From assembly GCA_964348195.1 (NCBI GenBank), contig CAYGBX010000001.1:15148-79147 (forward strand): a DNA stretch of 64,000 nt, in the 5' to 3' direction. Positions within the stretch are counted from its first letter, which is position 1. Each line of letters begins with the position of its first letter. A program made the position numbers and the translations under genes. A model generated the notes under the pieces. That model was not told the origin of the DNA. It did no database searches and saw nothing but the letters and a program-made list of their open reading frames with translations. Source of the DNA: an uncultured Anaerolineales bacterium (GTDB lineage Bacteria > Chloroflexota > Anaerolineae > UBA7937 > JACPPX01). Below are positions 17,627 through 26,975 of this stretch, one piece after another.

Positions 17627-20503
17627 CTAGCCTTCCAGCGGCAAGTTCACGGTGAAGGTCGTTCCGGCGTCCAGCTCGCTCTCCACGGAGATCTCGCCGC
17701 CGTGCTCTTCCACGATACGACGCACGATCGCGAGCCCGAGGCCGGTTCCCCCCGGCTTGGTGGTGAAGAATGGCTCGAAGATCTGTCCCAGGTCGCGGTC
17801 CGCGATCCCCTCACCGCTGTCCCCTACAGTGACCACGGCCCTATCGCCCTCAGGAGAGACGCTGGTGCGCACTTCGAGCCGTCCTCCATCGGGCATCGCC
17901 TCCAGCCCGTTCTGGAGAAGGTTGGAAAAGGCCTGCTCCAGGCGCGCTTCGTCCCCGCGCAGAGGAGGAAGCTCTGGATCTCGGTCCCAGCGGACGGCGA
18001 CGCCCCGCTCTTCGGCCTGCGGCTCCAGACGGCGGAGCGCCCGCCCCATCACCTCAGAGATGTCGCTGGGCGCAAGTTTCAGTCTCACCGGACGCGAGAT
18101 GATCAGGATCTCCTCGATGATCCGGTTCACCCGGTCGCTCTCCTCGAGGATCATCTGCAGGCTGTCGTGTGAGGGGGCTTCGGGTCCGGTGGTCGCGACC
18201 AAGTGCTGGATGCCGGCAGCGATGGCGGCCAGAGGGTTTCGCACCTCATGGGCCACGACGGCACTCATCTCTCCCAACAGGGCCAGCCTGTCCAGCCGCC
18301 GTCGCTCGGCCTCCATGGCCCGGGCCTCGCTGAGATCCCGCACGACGACCACCCCGCCCCGCACGGCCCCCTTCTCCCCCTGGAGGGGACTGATGCTGGC
18401 TGCCAAGGGCACTATTCCGCCGCCCCGCTTCGGAACCTCGATCTCCCGAGGCGTGACGATCATCCCGCGTTCCAAGCTCTCGCGGACCATGACGGACGCA
18501 TCACCCAGCACCTCGTCGACGGCCTCTCCTTCCAGATCTCCCTCCTTGTATCCGAGCATCCGTCCCGCGGCGCGGTTGGCCAAGGTCACCTGTCCCGCCG
18601 GGTCGACCACCAGGATTCCGTCGGTCATGCTCTGCAGGATCGATTCGTTGAACTGCCGGACTGCCGACAGCTCTTCCACTGCCGTCTCCAACCGTCGGAA
18701 GAGCTGAGCGTTCTCCACCGCCACGCCGATCTGCTTGCCGAGGGCCTCCAACAGCCTTTGATCGTCGGGGGTGAAGCGATGGAGCGTGCGCCGGTACAGA
18801 TTGAGCACTCCCAGAACTTGGCCTTTGGCCTGGAGGGGGACGGCCACCAGAGAACCGAAACCGCCCCGGGGGGGACGCATTCCCTCCAGGAGGGGATCCG
18901 CGGCCAGGTCGCTCACGGCTACCACGCGGTTCCTCTCCACCACCTCCTTGGCCAGGGAGACGCCCACCTTGGAGTCGGAGCTGGGCTCGACCAATCCCAC
19001 CTGGACCGCCTGACGAAAGCCCGAACCCCTGTCCGTAGGAAGGTAGATCTCTCCCGCGTCCATCCTGGTCAGCGAAAGCGAATGGTCCAAGGCCTGGCCG
19101 AGCACGCCCTCAAGGTCCACCGTCCGGGACAGAGCCGCAGCGATGGCGTTGATGCCTGCCAGGTCTTGACTGCGCTCCACCAACTCCCGCCGCATGGCCT
19201 CGGCCTCTGTGACGTCCCGCAGGATGCACTGGATCACCTGGCGACCGTCCGACGAAACCATGTGGGCGCTCAGGTCGACCGCTATGTTCTCCCCGTCCTT
19301 GCGTACCAGAGCGACATCGCTGGCCGACCCGGCGCCAGACAGAACGGCAGCCTGAAGTCCCTCCATGGCGCGGCGGCGGTCCTTCATCGAAAGAAGCTGA
19401 CCGAGATCCATCGTGAGGAGCTCACCTCGTGGGTACCCAGTCAGCCGCTCCGCTCGGCGGTTGGCCTCGAGCAGGCTGCCGTCGGCCGGGCTGATGGTCA
19501 TGAGGGCGTCGTATCCACCTTCGATGAGCTTCCGGTAGCGATCCTCCAGGCTGGCCAGCGCCGCCTCTCCGGTTCGGACCTCACGCCGAAGTCCTCGGGT
19601 CCACGCCAAGAAGGCGCCCGCCGACAGAAGCACCCCAACGAGGAAGGCCAGCCCGGCCCCAATCAATCCACTGGCGGACGGGCCAGCCGCCTCCTGGACA
19701 GGCGTCCCGAACCAGCGCGCTTCGAGGCGAGCCAGCTCGCCCCTCTCTTGGAGGACGGACAACGCTCCGTCCAGAATCGGCAAGAGGGCAGCCAGGTTCT
19801 CAGGGAGCGCTGCGGTGTAGCTGAGGGAAGCCACTTCGGGCCCGACGATAAGAGCCTCCTCTCCCTCGTCTTGCTCCAGCAGGTAGCGGATCGCCTGGAC
19901 ATCGCCCAAGAAAGCTGCCGCTTGACCCTGCCGGACGGCAGCGAGCCCCTCGGCGGGTCCCGCGACAGGGAGGGAAATGGCTCCCGAGCCCTGCAGTTCA
20001 TTCAGTCCCGGCCCCGACCTGCGGACCGCCACGACCTCGCCCCCGAGGGAGGCCAGCGTGAGCTCGCCCTCGCGTTCTGCGGCGAAGGCGAGGTTCAGGG
20101 CGCTCGACAGATAGGGCTCGGTGACGAGGAGTCCCTCGACCTGAGACTCCGTGCTCACGAAGCCGAGGGCGGCATCCGCCCCGCCCTCGAGGATGAGACC
20201 TAGGCCATCATCAACTGGGAGCAGAAGCACTTCCACGCCGAGAAGAGAAGCCAGCGCGTCCCCCAACTCGCGCTCGAACCCTCGGTAGATGCCATCGCCC
20301 TCGCGAAAACCGAACGGCGGATTCCGACTCGAGGTGGCAAGCCGGACGGTCCCTCGGTCAGAGAGGAGTTGGCGAGAATCGGGGTCCAGGAAGGACGGGC
20401 CTCCGGCGCCGATTTGAAACAGCGCAAAGATGGCCAACAGCAGGAGGGCACCTCCACCCAGAACGAGCAACCCTCGCCTGCTAAGAAGACCCAGGTCCGG
20501 CAT
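17627..20503 (-). CDS. Membrane sensor histidine kinase with extracytoplasmic solute-binding (SBP_bac_3-like) domain, PAS-GAF-PAS, HisKA, HATPase
   Basis: 958 aa. N-terminal TM, periplasmic-type binding-fold motifs (RLATSSRNPPFGF, ...YRGFERELGDALASLLGV), second TM (LIGAGLAFLVGVLLSAGAFLAW), H-box AVVAHEVRNPLAAI, GTGLGLAIVRRIVEEHGGEI. Confidence 0.85.
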   Translation of the reverse strand: MPDLGLLSRRGLLVLGGGALLLLAIFALFQIGAGGPSFLDPDSRQLLSDRGTVRLATSSRNPPFGFREGDGIYRGFERELGDALASLLGVEVLLLPVDDGLGLILEGGADAALGFVSTESQVEGLLVTEPYLSSALNLAFAAEREGELTLASLGGEVVAVRRSGPGLNELQGSGAISLPVAGPAEGLAAVRQGQAAAFLGDVQAIRYLLEQDEGEEALIVGPEVASLSYTAALPENLAALLPILDGALSVLQERGELARLEARWFGTPVQEAAGPSASGLIGAGLAFLVGVLLSAGAFLAWTRGLRREVRTGEAALASLEDRYRKLIEGGYDALMTISPADGSLLEANRRAERLTGYPRGELLTMDLGQLLSMKDRRRAMEGLQAAVLSGAGSASDVALVRKDGENIAVDLSAHMVSSDGRQVIQCILRDVTEAEAMRRELVERSQDLAGINAIAAALSRTVDLEGVLGQALDHSLSLTRMDAGEIYLPTDRGSGFRQAVQVGLVEPSSDSKVGVSLAKEVVERNRVVAVSDLAADPLLEGMRPPRGGFGSLVAVPLQAKGQVLGVLNLYRRTLHRFTPDDQRLLEALGKQIGVAVENAQLFRRLETAVEELSAVRQFNESILQSMTDGILVVDPAGQVTLANRAAGRMLGYKEGDLEGEAVDEVLGDASVMVRESLERGMIVTPREIEVPKRGGGIVPLAASISPLQGEKGAVRGGVVVVRDLSEARAMEAERRRLDRLALLGEMSAVVAHEVRNPLAAIAAGIQHLVATTGPEAPSHDSLQMILEESDRVNRIIEEILIISRPVRLKLAPSDISEVMGRALRRLEPQAEERGVAVRWDRDPELPPLRGDEARLEQAFSNLLQNGLEAMPDGGRLEVRTSVSPEGDRAVVTVGDSGEGIADRDLGQIFEPFFTTKPGGTGLGLAIVRRIVEEHGGEISVESELDAGTTFTVNLPLEG

Positions 20504-20511
20504 TCCTCTCC

Positions 20512-21990
20512 TCAGGCCGGAGCGTGCGGGCCGCGGGAGGAGAGCACGCCGTCGCTCTCCGTCAGGCGGCGGAGGGGTGCAGGGAGGATCCCCATGGCCT
20601 CCCGGTACTTCGCCACGGTTCTCCGAGAGATCTCGAACCCCGCCTCGGCCAAGCGATCGGAGATCTGTCCATCGCTCAGGGGCTGGGTCTCAGCAGCTAC
20701 CAGTCCCCGGATCGCCTCCTTGGCCGGAAGGCTGCCATCGAAGAAGTCAGAAACGGGGACGATTCGCTCATCGGGGAGCTGGGCGAACTTGTCGGCCAGG
20801 GCCCGGCTGACCGTGGACTCGTGCAGGTCGAGCCAATCGGCCAATTCGGCCCTGGTCAGGGGCCTCAGATGACCAGCCCCTGATCGGAGAAAGTCAGATT
20901 GGTGCTCAACCAGTGCCTCTGCCACCCGACGAAGGGTTCGCCACCGTCGTCGGAAGGCATCCAGGAAGAGCCGGGCGCGGCCGACCTGTCCCTGAATGTG
21001 AGCTTGATCGGGATCCTGGTCCTCATCCTCGGCCTGGAGGAGCTCGCGATACAGCCTCTGTATCCGGAATCGGTACCGGTGCTCGTCCGGCAACTCGACT
21101 CGGAACCCATCGCCTTCGGGAGCCGCCTGGATGATCAGATCGGGACGCACGAAGGCCGGCCCCTCACCGGCCATCCCACGAGAACCCCGACTGTAGGCAT
21201 GGGCCGGATAGGGATTGAGGCTCTGGTGGAGGTAGCGGAGGGCCGCGATCACCTGTTCCTCCGAGGCGCCGGAGGTCTCGGCAAGCCGGTCCAGCCTGCC
21301 ATCGGCCAGCATCTCCCAGTGATCGGCCACGATCGATCGGGCCAGGGGTGCGTGCTCCCCCGCACGGCCCCGCAGCTGAATCAGAAGGCACTCCCTGACG
21401 TCGCGGGCCCCGACGCCCGAGGGATCCTGCTCCTGAAGGACGGCGAGAACTCGTTCCACGCTGGATGGAGAAGCTCCCGCCCAATCGGCGATCTCGTCCA
21501 CAGATGCGTCCAAGAATCCGTGTCCGTCGAGACTTCCCACGAGGACCCGAGCGATCGGATGGTCAGAAGATTCCAGCGCCGACTCCAGCTGGCGCAGGAG
21601 ATGCTCAGACAGGGAGACCCCGGCCGAAACACGCTCCCAAGGATCCCAATCGCCCCGGTCATCCTCGGGATCGAAGCTGCCTGAGCGGGATCTGGACAGT
21701 CCCTGTCTCAGCGCGTCGGCGAGGGTGCGATTCTCCCCGGCACAGATAGGGCAGCGCTCGCCGGAGGTGAGTGCCCCGCAGTCGGCACAGCGAGCCTCGT
21801 CCACCAGCTCGAGTGCGGGATTCTCCTCCAGCTCCTGGGCGACCGCCTGTTCCAGGTCCAACGCGCCCCACTGGAGGAGTTGGCCGGACAGGACCAGCTC
21901 TGGGCTAACATCCAAGCGGGGCTCAAGGGTCTGGCGGGGCTTTATCACGGCTCCGGGGTTCCCGCCTCCAGGGTGCGGACTCTTCCCCAA
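20512..21990 (-). CDS. rpoN: RNA polymerase sigma-54 factor RpoN, with CxxC...CxxC zinc-ribbon in place of region II
   Basis: 492 aa. RpoN box ARRTVAKYREAMGIL at the C-terminus. Region I-like QTLEPRLDVSPELVLSGQLLQW...ELEENPALE followed by RCADCGALTSGERCPICAGE. Core-binding and HTH regions present. Track start is TTG. A GTG 14 codons downstream is an alternative. Confidence 0.9.
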   Translation of the reverse strand: MGKSPHPGGGNPGAVIKPRQTLEPRLDVSPELVLSGQLLQWGALDLEQAVAQELEENPALELVDEARCADCGALTSGERCPICAGENRTLADALRQGLSRSRSGSFDPEDDRGDWDPWERVSAGVSLSEHLLRQLESALESSDHPIARVLVGSLDGHGFLDASVDEIADWAGASPSSVERVLAVLQEQDPSGVGARDVRECLLIQLRGRAGEHAPLARSIVADHWEMLADGRLDRLAETSGASEEQVIAALRYLHQSLNPYPAHAYSRGSRGMAGEGPAFVRPDLIIQAAPEGDGFRVELPDEHRYRFRIQRLYRELLQAEDEDQDPDQAHIQGQVGRARLFLDAFRRRWRTLRRVAEALVEHQSDFLRSGAGHLRPLTRAELADWLDLHESTVSRALADKFAQLPDERIVPVSDFFDGSLPAKEAIRGLVAAETQPLSDGQISDRLAEAGFEISRRTVAKYREAMGILPAPLRRLTESDGVLSSRGPHAPA

Positions 21991-22065
21991 CCCAGTCAGA
22001 GGACCGAGTGAGGAATTTTCCCCAGAATGCTAGCACACCCCCCTGGAGGTGTCAAAACGCGGTGC

Positions 22066-23868
22066 CTAGGAGTCCGGCGGGGGAAGCCCTTTCCGCTCCA
22101 GAAGCTCCGGACTCAGTCCGAAGGCCAATCCTTCTTCCCAACTGAAGTGCTCGGCCAGGGCCTGCTCCGGGTACAGGAGGCTGATCGCCTCGTACCAGCG
22201 CAGCCCCTCCATGAAGTTGTAGTGCCAGTACTCTCGGCCAAGAGTGTCGCACTTCCAGTTGAAGTCGGCTTGCTCGTAGGCGGCGATACGCTGCCAGCCG
22301 AACCGCGTGGCCAGCTCGGTGAAGTCTAGGTAGTAGCCTTGGGGTATCGGCTTGGGTCGGCCGCCTTCGCCATCGGGATCGCAGACCCGGCTGAAGTGGA
22401 ACCACCACTGCCATGGCGCGCTCTTGAGCGGCTCTCCCATCGAGCCGTCCTGGGACCGGACCCGGATGAGGATACGCCAGTAGGTCTCCGATCCGATGTC
22501 CTCCCGGACGACCTCCAGCCGGTCCCCTCCCTCCCCCTCCCGGAGCTCAAACAGAAGGTCCACGGCCCGGCCTGTCTTGTGCCAGCTCAGGTAGCTGTAC
22601 CGGGTGCGGTGGAAGTCGGGGGGTCGGAAGGCGTCGCTGAGGGTGCCCAGGTAGTCGTACCCAGATCGCTCCAGCACGACCTCCCGCAGACCGAAGAAGG
22701 CCTCCGCCGCCGTCTGATACAACCGAAACGGCCCCGCCGGGTCGCCGAAGAGGGAGACCAGCCCTCGGGAGCCATTCTGAGGTTCCCCTGTCCCTTCGGT
22801 CCCAGGCGTTTCCGGAAGCTGCGAGCCAGCCTCGGAAAAGTCGGCATGCTGTGCCCAGGCTGGCGGCATCACGGGGACCTCGGTCGGTGTCGGGTGTTCC
22901 TGGTCACCGGGGACCTGTAGCACGCCCAGCGTTTCTCCAGCAGAATCACCCCACGTCAGGTTCCAGTGACCGTCCCGGAACTCGTGGTACACCTCGAAGG
23001 GTTCCCCCTTGTCGTATTCCGCGTAGATCAACCCGCCGCCGGGCAGCCAGGCCGGCGCCCGCTGGCCCACGTCATCAGACGTTATCCGCGCCAGGTCGCC
23101 CGACTCCAGATCCAGAGAGTAGACCTCTCCGATTCCGTCCCGAGTTGAGATGAACGCCAGGCGCCGACCATCCAGGGACCAGCTGGGATCTTCGTCGTCC
23201 GCTGGGTGGTCTGTGACGTTTCGCAGCGATCCGGCCTCAAGATCCAGTACATAGATCTCTTTGTCGCCGTCGCGCCATGAGGTGAAGGCCAGATTGGAGC
23301 CGTCGGGCGACCAGGAAGGACCATAGTCCCCGGCCGGGTCATCGGTCAGACGGGTCAACTCCCCCGTGGCCAGGCCGATTTGGTATAGATTGAGATTCCC
23401 ATCGCGGTATGACTCGAAAGCGATTCGGTCACCCTCCGGGGCCCAGGCCGGGCTGCCGTCGTAGTGGATCTCTTCGGTCAGGCGGGAGATCGCCCCTGTG
23501 TCCATCTCCAAGAGGTAGATGTCCCAGTTCCCATCTCTGTGCGACTCGAAGGCCACGGTCCGTCCATCGGGGGACCACGCTGGGTTTCGATCCTCGGCCT
23601 CATGAGCTGTCAGATTCCAGGCTTCATCCGACCCGAGCCAGCCCAGGAGGATCTCCCAGTTCCCGGCTTGGTTCGATTGGTAGACGAGCGCCCGGGCAGG
23701 CTCCGGAGTGGGAGGCTCGGGGGAGGGTTCGGGAACCGGACTCGGCGTGCTGGGCACGCGGGTGATTGGGTTGACGGTAGGGGTGCAAGCCCACAGCACC
23801 AAGCCAGCCACCAGAAGCAGCACGGACTGGGCGCGGGCTAGAAGCATGCAGGGGCGGGCGGCTCCCAA
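22066..23868 (-). CDS. Secreted/lipoprotein TolB-like beta-propeller (PD40/WD40-like repeats) with unknown C-terminal domain
   Basis: 600 aa. Signal peptide plus LWAC lipobox-like. Repeated NPAWSPDGRTVAFES / DGSPAWAPEGDRIAFES / YGPSWSPDGSNLAFTS / EDPSWSLDGRRLAFIS PD40 units. C-terminal ~250 aa W/Y-rich domain not recognised. Confidence 0.7.
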   Translation of the reverse strand: MGAARPCMLLARAQSVLLLVAGLVLWACTPTVNPITRVPSTPSPVPEPSPEPPTPEPARALVYQSNQAGNWEILLGWLGSDEAWNLTAHEAEDRNPAWSPDGRTVAFESHRDGNWDIYLLEMDTGAISRLTEEIHYDGSPAWAPEGDRIAFESYRDGNLNLYQIGLATGELTRLTDDPAGDYGPSWSPDGSNLAFTSWRDGDKEIYVLDLEAGSLRNVTDHPADDEDPSWSLDGRRLAFISTRDGIGEVYSLDLESGDLARITSDDVGQRAPAWLPGGGLIYAEYDKGEPFEVYHEFRDGHWNLTWGDSAGETLGVLQVPGDQEHPTPTEVPVMPPAWAQHADFSEAGSQLPETPGTEGTGEPQNGSRGLVSLFGDPAGPFRLYQTAAEAFFGLREVVLERSGYDYLGTLSDAFRPPDFHRTRYSYLSWHKTGRAVDLLFELREGEGGDRLEVVREDIGSETYWRILIRVRSQDGSMGEPLKSAPWQWWFHFSRVCDPDGEGGRPKPIPQGYYLDFTELATRFGWQRIAAYEQADFNWKCDTLGREYWHYNFMEGLRWYEAISLLYPEQALAEHFSWEEGLAFGLSPELLERKGLPPPDS

Positions 23869-25334
23869 GGCCCCGACTCCAGATTGAAGAAGCCGTAGGC
23901 CGCCCGAGAGATGTCAAAGAAGACCGGGTGAGGATAGCATCCGAGCCAGGACACGTTCGCGTAGGCGAAGATCCCTATGACGTAGTCGCCGCCTGGAGAG
24001 AACACGATTCCGGCGTCGGCAATCGTCTGGGCGGAGAAGCCGTGCTTGTGAGCGAACCGGAGATCGGACGGGATCCCGCTTCGGATCCAGGTCCCGATGG
24101 GGTTGGTCTCCAGCACCTCCAGGATGAACCCGCAGTCGTCTGCGGTCAGCTCCTCCGGAAAGGCCGCCAGCAGGGCTCCTTCGTCGAGGGAACACCGGTA
24201 GAGCATCTCCAGGAGCCGGACGATCTCCTCGGGAGTGGTCTGGATGAAGGGATCCGGATTGGCTTCCTGCTCGGGAGGTCGCTCCGTCCGGATGGGACGC
24301 CGGGAGGCCAGCCCTGGGCCAGCCGCTCCGGCGGTCTCGATGCCGTATGGCCACAAGATCAGGGTCTTCCCGAGACCGAGATCGGCCATTGTGGCGGTCA
24401 CCCGGCGGGCGCCAGCCAGGGCATCCCCCAGCCCGATCTGTGCCATAAGCTCGTTGGTGCGCTGCCCCGGATCCGTAGGCAGACCCCACATCAGGTTGAT
24501 CATCCCTTCGGTGAGGGCCTCGCCGTTGAAGTCGACCATGGTCTGGAGCATGACTCCGATCTTGAGGAGGCTCATTCCCGAGAACACCACGGCTTCGTTG
24601 AAACCACCGGCCTCGCCCGTGGACAGATCCACGACGTAGAAGCCCACGATTCCCGGGAACTCCTGGACGCGGTGCTCTGCCAGCGCGATGAGGTCGGAGA
24701 GGGGCGGCGGCTGCGGGTGCTCCTCAAGTACCACCAGATCGACTCTGCGATCTCCCACCTGATTGAGGGCGTTGGCGACACTGGTGATCGAGGCCTCCAC
24801 CTCCAGCGTTCGAGAAGATTGGCCGGGGTCAAAGACGTAGCTGTTCGTGATCGCTGAGATCGGCCGGAGTGGTCGGTCCTTCTCCTGGCCCAGGCGAACA
24901 AGGAAGCCCCGCAGGGCCGGCTCGTCGAGCGTCGTCACCAGACGGATCTCCTGAGGGCCCAGCGGTTCCTGGCCCGTCAGGTATCCGATGAAGCCTGCCA
25001 AGAAGCCGCGCTCGGCCTCCTCGCTCAGGCGGAAGGCCTCGGCAGCCATGGTGGCGACATCCACCTGAAATCCGACCTCCGAGGGAAGAAGAGGGACAGT
25101 GTCCCCCAGATAGCTCAGCTGGACAGGGAGGTTGAGGGGGGCCGCGACCTCTTCTCGAAGAAGAGCCTCAGCCTCTTCTTGTGAAAGGCCCCCCAACGCG
25201 ATGCCGCCCGCCGAGACACCGGTTGGGACACGACCGCGCAGCTGGCTGTAGCGAACCAAGGACAGCCCCAGCCCAAGTGAGACTACAAGGGCGGCTCCTG
25301 TGGCTGATATAGCGAGAACCCTCCGCGGGTCCAC
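23838..25334 (-). CDS. Membrane-anchored class A beta-lactamase-like serine hydrolase with N-terminal VanW/YoaR-like domain
   Basis: 498 aa. N-terminal TM. S-x-x-K (FSGMSLLKIG), K-H-G in place of KTG (RFAHKHGF), DAGIVFSPGGDYVIGIFA C-terminal block typical of class A fold. Tentative. Confidence 0.55.
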   Translation of the reverse strand: MDPRRVLAISATGAALVVSLGLGLSLVRYSQLRGRVPTGVSAGGIALGGLSQEEAEALLREEVAAPLNLPVQLSYLGDTVPLLPSEVGFQVDVATMAAEAFRLSEEAERGFLAGFIGYLTGQEPLGPQEIRLVTTLDEPALRGFLVRLGQEKDRPLRPISAITNSYVFDPGQSSRTLEVEASITSVANALNQVGDRRVDLVVLEEHPQPPPLSDLIALAEHRVQEFPGIVGFYVVDLSTGEAGGFNEAVVFSGMSLLKIGVMLQTMVDFNGEALTEGMINLMWGLPTDPGQRTNELMAQIGLGDALAGARRVTATMADLGLGKTLILWPYGIETAGAAGPGLASRRPIRTERPPEQEANPDPFIQTTPEEIVRLLEMLYRCSLDEGALLAAFPEELTADDCGFILEVLETNPIGTWIRSGIPSDLRFAHKHGFSAQTIADAGIVFSPGGDYVIGIFAYANVSWLGCYPHPVFFDISRAAYGFFNLESGPWEPPAPACF

Positions 25335-25355
25335 GGCTAGGTCCGTCGCTCCAAG

Positions 25356-26975
25356 CTACTCCCAACCGAAGATGCGGAGGTACCAAGCTCGAACCTCCGC
25401 GGGCCGGAGGTGTTGGCCCAGGTACCCATCTCCGATGCGTATCTCGAGGTGCAAATGAGCGCCAGTCTCTGGGGAGATCTGAGCCTCTGGCGTGCCCGAG
25501 TTGCCGACGAACCCGAGAATCTGACCTTGTTCGACAGTGGCTCCGTCCACGATCCCGTCGGCGAGTCCACTTAGGTAAGAGTAGTAGACCACTACACCTG
25601 TGCCAAGATCGAGGTGGACCTGCCGTCCCCGGAGCCTGTCGAGGATCTCCGGCGGAGTGTAGCGACGGGCTCGGGCCGTGTCCAGGAATGCCTGCATCTC
25701 CGATCCCGAGGGCTCCACATAGTCCCAGTCGGCCCGTACCACGGTACCCTCCGCCACCGCCTGTACCGGGTCGCCGGTGCGCACCGTGCCACCTGAGACC
25801 CGGAAGAAATCGGTCCCCTCGTGGACGCCGTAGCGGTAGCGGCGTGGGGCACCCGGGAGCCGGAAGCTGAGCTCAGTGAGCAACATCCCTTCCAGCGGAG
25901 GGCCAAGAACGGGCAGCCCGTCCAGCAGCAGCGGATCGTGCAGGGGAGACGCGAGGGGGGGCAGGTCGGTCGGCGGATCTCTTCCATCCATCAGCCCCGG
26001 ATAGAGATAGAGGGCGTCCCGCGCGGCCACGCGGACCCTGCCCCCATCCACAGAGAGGGCCAGGATCTCCGCGTCGGGATCCCACAGCTCAATCTCCCGC
26101 ACGAGAGCGCCCGTCTCGCGATCAAGCCCCAGGATGCGCGCTGGTTCCTCCTGTACCACATACAGGAGACCTCCGGGGTCGAGCTCCAGAAGTCGGAGAT
26201 CATCATCCGAGACCGGGGCCGAGAAGGCAGCGTCCACCCCCCCGGCCGACCGTAGCTTCACCACGCCGCCCGATTCCTCGTCGCCGGGGATCACATAGAA
26301 CGCGCCGTCCACAGCGAAGTCGACGGCCTCGTGCAGCACGGCGTCGCTTAGAGCGACGGAGGCCTGGCCTCCGACGTGACGCCACACCAGATCCAGGTTG
26401 ATGTCGAGGAGGTAGAAGCCCTCCTCCCACGTGGCAGCGGATGCCAGATACTGACGGGGCGAAGCGGCAGCGAAGGTGGCGATCCGCTCCAAGCTCCATT
26501 CCCCGGTGTCCGGTGCCCAGCGGTACACATCCCCTGACCGATCCAAGAGGATCAGGCTGCCATCCTCCGCCACGGCCAGATCGCTGAGATCCTTGACTGG
26601 CACCCCCTCGATCCCTTCTGCTGGGAAGGGCACGAGGGAGAGAGCCCCGTCGCTGAGACGGACGGCCAGAAGCCGGCCGCCGTCGAGAAGGTAAGCCATC
26701 TCGTGCGCCACGGACAGCGCCAGCGGCCGGACGAAGGTGTCCGACGGATACCGGAAGATCTGGGCGTTTCCGGGGCCGAGGGTGAGCGCGCCGGCGGACT
26801 GGATGGTAGGGGTGGGAGCGGGTGTGCGTGTAGGAGAAGGGGTGGCGGTCGGCGCCAGCCGGGGGGTTGACGTCGGTTGGGAAGCCACCGGTGGTCCAGG
26901 GGATGCGGAGCAGCCCGCCAGTAGGGGAAGAGCCGCCGTCAGGAGCGGGAGGAGGACGAGGTCCGATTTCGTCAA
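25356..26975 (-). CDS. Lipoprotein M23 (LytM-type) metallopeptidase with N-terminal beta-propeller-like region
   Basis: M23 motifs HEGTDF...GNSGTPE...GAHLHLEI near the C-terminus. I place the start at TTG 26973-26975 overlapping the upstream stop (TTGA), giving MTKSDLVLLPLLTAALPLLAGCSAS (lipobox). The ORF-track ATG start at 27122 would overlap the upstream gene by 150 nt. Confidence 0.7.
   Translation of the reverse strand: MTKSDLVLLPLLTAALPLLAGCSASPGPPVASQPTSTPRLAPTATPSPTRTPAPTPTIQSAGALTLGPGNAQIFRYPSDTFVRPLALSVAHEMAYLLDGGRLLAVRLSDGALSLVPFPAEGIEGVPVKDLSDLAVAEDGSLILLDRSGDVYRWAPDTGEWSLERIATFAAASPRQYLASAATWEEGFYLLDINLDLVWRHVGGQASVALSDAVLHEAVDFAVDGAFYVIPGDEESGGVVKLRSAGGVDAAFSAPVSDDDLRLLELDPGGLLYVVQEEPARILGLDRETGALVREIELWDPDAEILALSVDGGRVRVAARDALYLYPGLMDGRDPPTDLPPLASPLHDPLLLDGLPVLGPPLEGMLLTELSFRLPGAPRRYRYGVHEGTDFFRVSGGTVRTGDPVQAVAEGTVVRADWDYVEPSGSEMQAFLDTARARRYTPPEILDRLRGRQVHLDLGTGVVVYYSYLSGLADGIVDGATVEQGQILGFVGNSGTPEAQISPETGAHLHLEIRIGDGYLGQHLRPAEVRAWYLRIFGWE

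Noticed and set aside
14923-20203. Plus-strand ORFs 14923-16299 (458 aa), 15524-16195, 17652-18707 and 18203-20203 (666 aa)
   Set aside because: They are antisense to the bEBP and histidine-kinase genes, which carry unambiguous motifs. No motifs were found in these frames.
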